Positions 15,970-23,226 of a stretch of DNA of 23,226 bases are shown piece after piece. This DNA is from Deltaproteobacteria bacterium TL4 (lineage in GTDB: Bacteria > SAR324 > NAC60-12). The translations under genes and the position numbers were made by a program. The notes below the pieces were generated by a model. It saw nothing but the letters and a program-made list of their open reading frames with translations, made no database searches and was not told the origin of the DNA. The number at the start of each line of letters is the position of its first letter. Within the stretch, counting starts at the first letter, position 1. The stretch lies in contig JBBCAX010000222.1 in assembly GCA_051382335.1 (NCBI GenBank), positions 1 through 23,226 on the forward strand. Reading direction: 5' to 3'.

Positions 15970-18900
15970 TCACGGCAAGGCTGAATCAGAACTGGGGTCG
16001 GAATCATTTTGACTGATCTCAGTAACCGTCAGGTTGATTGATCCTTTGGCAAATTCTTGCAGCGTGACTCTCGTTGCGGTAATGAGGACCTGGCCTTTAG
16101 CGAGCCCTGTGACTTTCCCCGCGGTGTCTTTACTGGCGCTGACTTTTGCGATGATGGCGTCAGCGGTTTTCCATGTCACCACTTTGGTCAGATCGATTTC
16201 CTGATCTGTATAGACACCAAGAGCTTTCAATTGTACGGTGGCCTCTTCCTCAGAACCACCAACAGCGACGCCTGGATTTGCCGGTTCAATACGTATGCTC
16301 GTTAATACGGCACCTGATACGGTCAGTTCGGCGCTGCCTTTAATGTCATTTTCCCCCTCTTTTTTGGTTGCTGTAATCGTGGTCTTCCCAACCTCTACGG
16401 TTAACGCGACGCCTTGGTTTTCCGCTGAATTCTCAATGGTGGCAATACTTTGATCTGTGGAACTCCAGGTGACATAGGGGGTGATCTCATATTTGTTGCC
16501 ATCTTCATAAGTTCCACTGGCTTTAAATGCTTGATTCAAGCCTTTCGCGATATTTGGACTTGGGGGCGTCACGGTAATTGAAAGCAATTTTGAGGTAATT
16601 ACAGTTAATTGCATGTTCAGCGCGGTTCCCTCTTTGGTCAACACAGAGAGGGTTGCCGTTCCCGGGCCCATCGCCTTGATTTCTCCTTTTTCTGATTCTC
16701 CATTGGACACTGTCGCAACACTGATATCAGAGGAACTCCAAGAGGCGGTATGGGTCAAATCAACGGTGGAGTCATCGGAATAGATCCCCTTCAGGGTCAA
16801 CTGGGATTTTAAGCCCACAGGCAGAGTTAAGGTGGCAGGAAAAATAGCGACTGAAGAAAGTTCCGCGTCAGTAACGGTAAGCGTTGTTGTTTCGCTGATT
16901 TGAGTTTTTACATCCGTTGCGATGATCATGACTTCACCCGTTTGATCGGTCGTTTCAACAAGACCTGGGCTATCTGTGCTTAACGTCGCAATGGTTTTTT
17001 CGGCAGAACTCCATTCCACAAAAGGCGTCATATCCTGATTACTTTCGTCGGAGAAGACGCCCGTTGCTGTCAATGGCACACTGTTTCCTTTTGCGATTTT
17101 GGGATTCGTAGGGGTTACCGATAAAGATTCCAAGGTTGCGTCGCTCACCATAATGGTTCTGCTTGTACTGTGTTTCCCGGGCCACACACAAAACTGGAAC
17201 AAATAGGCGGAACATTCTTTTGCGCTAAGGGTGACTTCTCCTGCTTTGAGCGCTTTAACCAAGCCTTTTTCTTCTTTTGTATCCACTGACGCGATTTTTT
17301 TATCCGAACTGCTCCAGGTTACGGATTCGCTCAGATCACGGGTGGAGTGATCCGAATAGAGGCCTGTGGCCTTAAACCATTGTTGGGTTCCTTTGGCTAA
17401 AGTCGCGTTCTGTGACCTCACCTCCATTGACGTGAGCTCTATATCGTTCACCGTCAGTGTTGTCGATTGAATTAAAGCTCCCAGAGTTGCTGTAATCGTT
17501 GTCGTCCCTTTTTCGAGACTGGTCACCCAGCCTTTGGTTCCTTGTGCGGTTTCAACGGTTGCGACCGCAGGGGCTGTTGAGGCCCAATGAACCAAGGTGG
17601 TGATATCCTGTGTGGATTTATCTTCAAAAGTTCCAACGGCTTGAAACTGTTTGGTGGCCCCTTTGGGAACGGACGAATTTCCCGGAAGGATCGCAATCGA
17701 GCTGAGCGGAGAAGCATCAGTTACTTTGAGTTGAGCAGTTTGACTCATATCTCCAAGGCTTGCGGTTATGGACACATCGCCCGCTTTAAGGCCTTTAACA
17801 ATTCCTTTGCCTTCATCCTCGTTGTTGATTGTCGCAAGGCTGGTATCTAAAGAAGTCCAGGAAACCTGTTTCGTGATGTTTTGTTTGGTATCATCCGTGT
17901 AAGTTCCTGTCGCCGTCAATTGTAAGGAAGTTTCCTGAACCAGATTGCTTTTTTCAGGCGTGATTGCGATAGAAACGAGGGTCGCCCCTGTGACCGTTAA
18001 TTCAGCGGTACTTTCAACCTCGCCTTTACTTGCTGTAATCACACAGGAGCCCTCCAAGGTTCCTGTCACTTGCCCCACCTTGTTACCGCTGCTGATGATG
18101 GAGGCTATCTTGGGATCGGAACAACTCCAGGTTACCGATTTTGTAATATCCTGAGTAGTTCCATCGCTATAGATTCCCGTTGCGGTTAAGTTCTTATTGG
18201 TATTTTTTGCCAGAGCAAGACTGGGAGGATCAATGGAAATCGAAGCCAGTGTCGCATTGGTAACGGTAACGGTTGCTGTCACTTTAATCGTACTTTTTCC
18301 TCCAAACACACAGCCCAGAAAACTACATTTGGTTGCGGTAATGATGGTTGCACCGGCTTTGTGAAGGGTTGCGGTTCCCTTGTCTCCTTTCGTATCGCTG
18401 ATTGTGAGAACCGCTTTGTCGGAGGAGCTCCAATTTACCGATTCGGTAACATCTTCCTCACTATTGTCGTTATAAAGACCTGTCGCAATAAAGGAGTGAA
18501 TCGTATCTTTGGGTAAGGAAGCACTGGAGGGCGTAATAGTGATTGAGGTTAAAACAACATCCACGACGGTAAGTAGTGTGGACGCGCTTATTTTATCCAT
18601 TTTCGCGCTGATGGTCAATACTCCCGTTTTGGTGGTTGAGACCAGCCCTTTTTCCTGAGCCTGGCCACTAAATTGAGCCACGTTGGTATTTGAGGATTCC
18701 CAAGTCACCGATTGCGTAAGATCCTGTTGACTCCCATCCGAGTAAGTTCCCGTAGCTTTAAACTGTTGCGTTAATTTTTGTGCGATAGTGGGCTCCGAAG
18801 GTTCTATTTCAATACTTTGCAACGTCGCGGCCGTAACCGTAAGGGTCACACTGCCACTGATCTTTGCCTTCGTCGCGGTAATGATCGATGTCCCCGTGTG

Positions 18901-19335
18901 GACACTTGTTGCCAAGCCTTTGACTCCTGTTCCTCCCTCCGGAATTTCAATAGTCGCGATATTGGTATCCGAAGAGGTCCAGGTAACTGACGCCGTGAGG
19001 TCTTCTTGAGTTCCATCATCAAAAATACCTGCCGCTTTGAATTGAAGTGTTGTCCCTTGGGCTATGTTCGGATCCACAGGCGTTACTTTGATAGACACAA
19101 GCACATTGGCCGCAGGCTTGCTGTCATTGGTTGTATTGTTTTGAGTGGGTGTTTGGGTGTCACTTGTATTTTGTGAATTCTCATTCGCGGCTTTCGTTCC
19201 TGAGGAACTGGATGAAGAGTCCTCACTTCCTGAGGTCAGACCGAGCTCTTCACAGCCCAGGGCAAAAAGCATCATGATTCCGAATAATAAAGAAAGGCTT
19301 TGCATGATTGTTTGTTTTAATAGGGTTTTTTCCAT
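15970..19335 (-). CDS. Surface lipoprotein with 11 bacterial Ig-like group 2 (Big_2, LigA-like) domains, 1121 aa
   Basis: Lipobox ALG|C28, a Ser/Thr/Asn-rich tether, then 11 copies of about 90 aa with A.G.Y.D...D(L/I/V)T..V.W.S. RBS AGAGGAG. Confidence 0.92.
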   Translation of the reverse strand: MEKTLLKQTIMQSLSLLFGIMMLFALGCEELGLTSGSEDSSSSSSGTKAANENSQNTSDTQTPTQNNTTNDSKPAANVLVSIKVTPVDPNIAQGTTLQFKAAGIFDDGTQEDLTASVTWTSSDTNIATIEIPEGGTGVKGLATSVHTGTSIITATKAKISGSVTLTVTAATLQSIEIEPSEPTIAQKLTQQFKATGTYSDGSQQDLTQSVTWESSNTNVAQFSGQAQEKGLVSTTKTGVLTISAKMDKISASTLLTVVDVVLTSITITPSSASLPKDTIHSFIATGLYNDNSEEDVTESVNWSSSDKAVLTISDTKGDKGTATLHKAGATIITATKCSFLGCVFGGKSTIKVTATVTVTNATLASISIDPPSLALAKNTNKNLTATGIYSDGTTQDITKSVTWSCSDPKIASIISSGNKVGQVTGTLEGSCVITASKGEVESTAELTVTGATLVSIAITPEKSNLVQETSLQLTATGTYTDDTKQNITKQVSWTSLDTSLATINNEDEGKGIVKGLKAGDVSITASLGDMSQTAQLKVTDASPLSSIAILPGNSSVPKGATKQFQAVGTFEDKSTQDITTLVHWASTAPAVATVETAQGTKGWVTSLEKGTTTITATLGALIQSTTLTVNDIELTSMEVRSQNATLAKGTQQWFKATGLYSDHSTRDLSESVTWSSSDKKIASVDTKEEKGLVKALKAGEVTLSAKECSAYLFQFCVWPGKHSTSRTIMVSDATLESLSVTPTNPKIAKGNSVPLTATGVFSDESNQDMTPFVEWSSAEKTIATLSTDSPGLVETTDQTGEVMIIATDVKTQISETTTLTVTDAELSSVAIFPATLTLPVGLKSQLTLKGIYSDDSTVDLTHTASWSSSDISVATVSNGESEKGEIKAMGPGTATLSVLTKEGTALNMQLTVITSKLLSITVTPPSPNIAKGLNQAFKASGTYEDGNKYEITPYVTWSSTDQSIATIENSAENQGVALTVEVGKTTITATKKEGENDIKGSAELTVSGAVLTSIRIEPANPGVAVGGSEEEATVQLKALGVYTDQEIDLTKVVTWKTADAIIAKVSASKDTAGKVTGLAKGQVLITATRVTLQEFAKGSINLTVTEISQNDSDPSSDSALP

Positions 19336-19393
19336 TTTTTCTCCTCTGGTTTACGTATCATTTTTAGCGGACTTTTATTTTTAGGCTGAATCG

Positions 19394-22300
19394 TTACGAA
19401 TCGTTATCCTGATTGCTTAAACTGACATCATCGGCATCAATCACGCTATACTTGGAATCGACAGAGATGGCCCGACCCAACTGAATAGTATAATTTACAG
19501 TGCCATCAACTTGAGCATCATCCTTCCCTGTGATGGTAACGGTTTGAACCGTGCTCCAATTGGCAGAAGTAAACACCAGACTTGAAACGGATACCGTTCC
19601 TTCAGCGGGATTGCTGCTGCTGATACCGATGGTCACATTTGCCGTTGGCTCACTATCAAGGACAACGGTAAAGGTTGCCGTTCCCCCACCTTCAGTCGTC
19701 GTCATATTACCAGCAGCATTGACGGTAATTCCCGCGGTATCGTTGTCCGTGTTACTCAAACTGATATCAGCCGGGTTGATAGCGCTATAGTTGGCATCGG
19801 TACTGGTTGTTGGTCCTAAAATGATGGTATAACTTTGATCTCCATCATCCACCAGATCATCCACACCGATAATGGTTACATTTTGAGCAGTGTTCCAATT
19901 GCTGGTAGTGAAAGTCAAGGCCACAGACACAGCGCCTTCTGTTGCGTCTGAAGTGGCTAGAGCTATCGTCACATTCGCGGTGGGCTGACTGTCAAGGACA
20001 ACGGTAAAGGTAGCCGTTCCCCCACCTTCAGTCGTCGTCATATTGCCAGCGGCACTGACGGTAATCCCCGCAGTATCGTCGTCCGTGTTGCTGACACTGA
20101 CCACACTTGGGGTGAGGACATAACGGGGATCCCCACTAGTTGTTGGTCCCAAGGTGATGGTATAGCTTTGATCTCCATCATCCAGCAGATCATCCACACC
20201 GGTAATAGTTACATTTTGAGTTGTATTCCAATTGCTGCTGGTGAAGGTCAACGACGCGGGAGACACGGTTCCCTCCGTTGTGTCTGAAGTTGCGATGGGT
20301 ACTGTAACATCTGCGGTTGGTTGAGTATTCAATCTGGCCGTAAAGGTTGCTGTTCCGCCTGTCTCGGTGGTATTATTACTGAGTGCGCCAACCACCACTC
20401 CAGGGGTTTCATCGACATTGGAAAGCGTCAGATCCGCGGGATCCAGGATATTGAAGATCGCACTTTGGCTGCTGGAGCCCAATTCAATATTATAGCTTTG
20501 ATCCCCATCCATCAAGATATCGTCGACGCCTGTAACGGTGACGGTTTGAAGGACATTCCAGGTTGCGGCTGTAAACGTGAGACTGGACGCACTCACCGAT
20601 CCTTCTCCGGGATCACTGCTGACCACAGAAATAATGACATCCGCTTCAGATTTCGCCGTAAGTCTGATGGTGAATGTCGCGGTTCCTCCAGATTCGGTGG
20701 TATTGCCGCTAAGGCTGCTAATGGTAAATCCCGCCACCTCGTCATCAACATTGTTCACACTGACATCACTCGGATCAATCCTATTGTAATTCAAATCATC
20801 GGACGTGATCACACCCAATTGAATTTGATAGGTTTTGGTGCCATCCCCATAGTCATCATCTTGCCCCGTTACTGTGACGGTTTGGGGGGTATCCCAGTTA
20901 TTCGTAGTGAAGGTTAAACTTGCGGGGCTAACGGTTCCTTCGTTCGTATTACTGCTGGTGAGGGGAAAGGAGACATTGGCTGAGGGTTTACTTTGGAGTT
21001 GCACGGTGAAGGTGGCTTGTATCCCGATTTCCGAGGTGCTTCCCATTCCATAAGTGACTTGTCCGCCGGATGTTGAAACACCAACACCGCTAACGACAAC
21101 TCCGGCCGTTTCGTCATCCAGATTAGTCAAGGTGACATCGCGGGGATCCACGCCATTAAAATTCGGATCCGCTGAGATTGCCGCACCTAAAACAATGGTG
21201 TAAGGTTGATTTCCGTCAAGCACATCATCATCAACCCCGGTGATGGTTAGCGTTTGATCCACATTCCAATTGTCTGTTGTGAACATTAAACTTGAGGGGG
21301 AAACCGTGCCTTCCGTGGTCAGATTACTGGAAACCGCAATACTCACATCACTTTCAGGCTTGCTGGTGAGTCTAATTGTCAGGGTGGTGCTGGTTCCTGT
21401 TTCCATCGTACTCGCGACACTACCCAGCGTAAATCCTGCGGTATCGTTGTCAAGATTGGTTAAAAGCACGGCTCCCACAACCACGCCCTGATAATCAGGG
21501 TCTGAGGAAGTGGCCGAGCCCAGCAGAATTTTATAACTTTGATTTCCATCTTTGCTGACATCATCAAGGCCTGTCACTGTAACGGTTTGAGGGATGTTCC
21601 AATTTGCTGAAGTGAAGGTAAGACTGGAGACACTGACCTCACCTTCTGTGGTATCATTGCTGGCAATTGTCGGTATGGTTACATCAAAGAGGGGTTTACT
21701 GCTCAGGACCACGGTAAATGTCGCTGTGGCTCCAGACTCTGTGGTACTCAAAACACCATAAGTAATGTTTCCCCCACTTTGCGTGCTTTGCCCGCTGATG
21801 ATGAAGCCTGCCGTTTCATCATCAATATTGATAAAATCCACATCAGCGGGATTGAGACCGTTATAACCGGAGTCACTGGATTCCGCGGCAGCCAGGATGA
21901 TGGTGTAACTTTGATTTCCATTCGCCTCACTGTCATCAACTCCTGTGACACTCACACTTTGAGGTGCGCTCCAATTGGCTGGAGTGAAGGTGAGGCTTGA
22001 GGGGGTTACCGTACCTTTCTGAGTGTTATTACTTGAAACCGCAATGGTCACATTCGCCGCGGGTTTGGTTGTCAATTGAACGGTAAAGATTGCGGTTCCT
22101 GCGGACTCCAGGGTATTTCCCGAGAGGCTGACTATGATAAAACCTGGAACCTCATCGTCCATATTGACAGCTTGTACATCCTTAGGATCCAGACCTTGAT
22201 AATTGGGGTCATCAGAAAGTGCGGCAGACAGTTGGATCGTATATTTGACGTGATCATCAGCAATTTTATCGTCTACTCCTGTAACGGTCACTAATTGTTC

Positions 22301-22909
22301 AATATCCCAATTGCCCCCGCTAAAATCCAACTTGCCAGGATCAACAGTACCTTCGTTCGTATTGCTGCTTGAGACCAAAATCCGCACATTGGAAATAGGT
22401 TCGCTGGATAATTTGACTGAAAAAGTTGCGGTTAAGCCTTTTTCTGAGGTACTTCGACTCAATTCACTAATCACAACCCCCGCCGTATCGTCATCCAAGT
22501 TCTTTAAAGTCATATCATCGGGGTCCACGTTATTATACTCACCATCTTCTGATTCCGAATTTCCCAGGATTATCTTGTATTCCTGGTCTCCATCCTTAAT
22601 GTCATCATCTCTTCCGCTCACCAGGACGACTTGTTTCGAATTCCAGTTATTGGGAGTAAAAGTCAATTCTGAGGGGGAAACCATTCCCTCATCCGTGTTA
22701 CTGCTGAAAACGGGAATTTTCACATTGGAGGAAGGCGATGTTTTTAATTTCACAGTAAAGGTCGCAACGCCTCCTCCTTCTGTGGTGTCACCACTGATAG
22801 TTCCCACACGAATCGCCCCTTTTTTAGTGCCTGTAGGATCAGGATCATTACATCCAAGCATAAAGAAGCTAAGCAAAATAAGTAAAAACTTAAATTGTTT
22901 GATTTTCAT
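19394..22909 (-). CDS. Surface lipoprotein with 10 acidic Calx-beta-like beta-sandwich repeats, 1171 aa
   Basis: Lipobox MLG|C20, then 10 repeats of about 112 aa: T.E.GGTATFTV.L...P...V......EG.VS..SLTFT..NW...Q.V...G.DD...DG...Y.I.L......D..Y....P.D....N.D.(D/E). Confidence 0.9.
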   Translation of the reverse strand: MKIKQFKFLLILLSFFMLGCNDPDPTGTKKGAIRVGTISGDTTEGGGVATFTVKLKTSPSSNVKIPVFSSNTDEGMVSPSELTFTPNNWNSKQVVLVSGRDDDIKDGDQEYKIILGNSESEDGEYNNVDPDDMTLKNLDDDTAGVVISELSRSTSEKGLTATFSVKLSSEPISNVRILVSSSNTNEGTVDPGKLDFSGGNWDIEQLVTVTGVDDKIADDHVKYTIQLSAALSDDPNYQGLDPKDVQAVNMDDEVPGFIIVSLSGNTLESAGTAIFTVQLTTKPAANVTIAVSSNNTQKGTVTPSSLTFTPANWSAPQSVSVTGVDDSEANGNQSYTIILAAAESSDSGYNGLNPADVDFINIDDETAGFIISGQSTQSGGNITYGVLSTTESGATATFTVVLSSKPLFDVTIPTIASNDTTEGEVSVSSLTFTSANWNIPQTVTVTGLDDVSKDGNQSYKILLGSATSSDPDYQGVVVGAVLLTNLDNDTAGFTLGSVASTMETGTSTTLTIRLTSKPESDVSIAVSSNLTTEGTVSPSSLMFTTDNWNVDQTLTITGVDDDVLDGNQPYTIVLGAAISADPNFNGVDPRDVTLTNLDDETAGVVVSGVGVSTSGGQVTYGMGSTSEIGIQATFTVQLQSKPSANVSFPLTSSNTNEGTVSPASLTFTTNNWDTPQTVTVTGQDDDYGDGTKTYQIQLGVITSDDLNYNRIDPSDVSVNNVDDEVAGFTISSLSGNTTESGGTATFTIRLTAKSEADVIISVVSSDPGEGSVSASSLTFTAATWNVLQTVTVTGVDDILMDGDQSYNIELGSSSQSAIFNILDPADLTLSNVDETPGVVVGALSNNTTETGGTATFTARLNTQPTADVTVPIATSDTTEGTVSPASLTFTSSNWNTTQNVTITGVDDLLDDGDQSYTITLGPTTSGDPRYVLTPSVVSVSNTDDDTAGITVSAAGNMTTTEGGGTATFTVVLDSQPTANVTIALATSDATEGAVSVALTFTTSNWNTAQNVTIIGVDDLVDDGDQSYTIILGPTTSTDANYSAINPADISLSNTDNDTAGITVNAAGNMTTTEGGGTATFTVVLDSEPTANVTIGISSSNPAEGTVSVSSLVFTSANWSTVQTVTITGKDDAQVDGTVNYTIQLGRAISVDSKYSVIDADDVSLSNQDNDS

Positions 22910-22961
22910 GGGTTGATCTCAATTGTAAGTGTTTTTGTAGGGAAATAGGGCATTTAGTGTA

Positions 22962-22991
22962 AATCTAACACATAGCTCCCCTAAACTTCAA
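22962..22991 (-). promoter_or_regulatory. Candidate sigma70-type promoter for the two lipoprotein genes
   Basis: TTGAAG (22991-22986), an 18-nt spacer ending in TGT (extended -10), then TAGATT (22967-22962), 52 nt upstream of ATG 22909. Confidence 0.3.
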
Positions 22992-23032
22992 GAAGTTCTC
23001 TTTCCTTTTGATTCTCTTTTTTGGAAGAGGTC

Positions 23033-23059
23033 TAGTTGTCCAGATAAATTCCTGCTGGG
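23033..23059. repeat. Left part of family-A miniature element (copy 3); 3' exon of the intron
   Basis: TAGTTGTCCAGATAAATTCCTGCTGGG is identical to 271-297 and abuts the intron 3' boundary. Confidence 0.8.
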
Positions 23060-23226
23060 ATCGAGTCGGAGGCTCCTCTCGGAGCCGTCCGCTCACAGAA
23101 CCGTGCTTACGGGTCCGTACACGGCTCCTCACAATACGGTCTTCCCTACGGATAAAGGAAGCCAGTGGGGTAAAGCAAAGTCGGAGATACACTTCAGTCC
23201 CTGGAGTCGGAACCATTCATTGTTCC
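23060..23226 (-). ncRNA. Group II intron 3' end (domains V and VI), truncated by the window edge
   Basis: Minus strand domain V: GAGCCGTGT-ACG-GACC-CGT-AA-GCACGGTTC (30 nt, short IIC-type length). Domain VI: GAG-CGGA-C-GGCTCC-GAGA-GGAGCC-TCCG-A-CTC with the bulged A seventh from the end. Terminal ...CTCGAT fits the AY boundary. Confidence 0.93.
23129..23224 (-). CDS. ltrA: C-terminal 31 aa of the intron-encoded reverse transcriptase/maturase (partial; absent from the ORF track)
   Basis: NNEWFRLQGLKCISDFALPHWLPLSVGKTVL*, with the stop immediately before domain V. NxWFxxxGL resembles the end of IIC maturases. No HNH/Cys endonuclease domain follows it. Confidence 0.7.
   Translation of the reverse strand, partial: NNEWFRLQGLKCISDFALPHWLPLSVGKTVL

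Noticed and set aside
20321..22916. Plus-strand ORFs of about 200 aa (20321..20917, 22311..22916), and the other short shadow ORFs inside large genes
   Set aside because: They are antisense or alternate-frame to well-supported CDS and show no recognisable motifs.
271..23060. 28-bp direct repeat (271-298, 23033-23060) as attL/attR of an integrated island
   Set aside because: No integrase or tRNA is present. The repeat is the left end of a multicopy miniature element whose inverted right end is at 227-237.
22965..23216. 83-aa minus-strand ORF as a gene
   Set aside because: It reads through intron domains V/VI in a different frame from the maturase-like C-terminus (23224-23129).
19394..23226. 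Diversity-generating retroelement linking the RT to the repeat lipoproteins
   Set aside because: The RT tail is embedded in canonical group II intron RNA. The repeat pairs are in-frame domain duplications, without an adenine-specific template/variable repeat pattern that I could see.

Overview
AT-rich bacterial region with ten intact CDS, eight on the minus strand. In order: an exported metallo-beta-lactamase-fold hydrolase; a 2432-aa Ser/Thr kinase-AAA-GAF-GAF-histidine kinase-REC-PP2C fusion; a small Zn-ribbon protein; a TPR protein; a pentapeptide-repeat protein; a YtnP-like MBL hydrolase; a lone 2-hydroxyacyl-CoA dehydratase subunit; a twin-arginine FAD oxidoreductase with a rubredoxin-like insert; a 114-aa hypothetical; and two all-repeat surface lipoproteins (11 Big_2 domains; 10 Calx-beta-like domains). 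The ORF track misses the most striking signal. Both window ends run into a minus-strand group IIC-type intron (5' end at 164; 3' end at 23060 with domains V/VI and the maturase C-terminus). Both junctions map to the same position (CGCT|CCCAG) of a TA-flanked, REP-hairpin-containing miniature element, not to a U-tailed terminator or attC site. Vacant copies of that target lie at 208/209 (+) and 298/297 (-). A 251-bp internally deleted IS1-family remnant, a GTAG-type REP cluster and a tandem palindromic operator are also present. No database searches were run; family calls rest on motifs read from the sequence and recalled family features.
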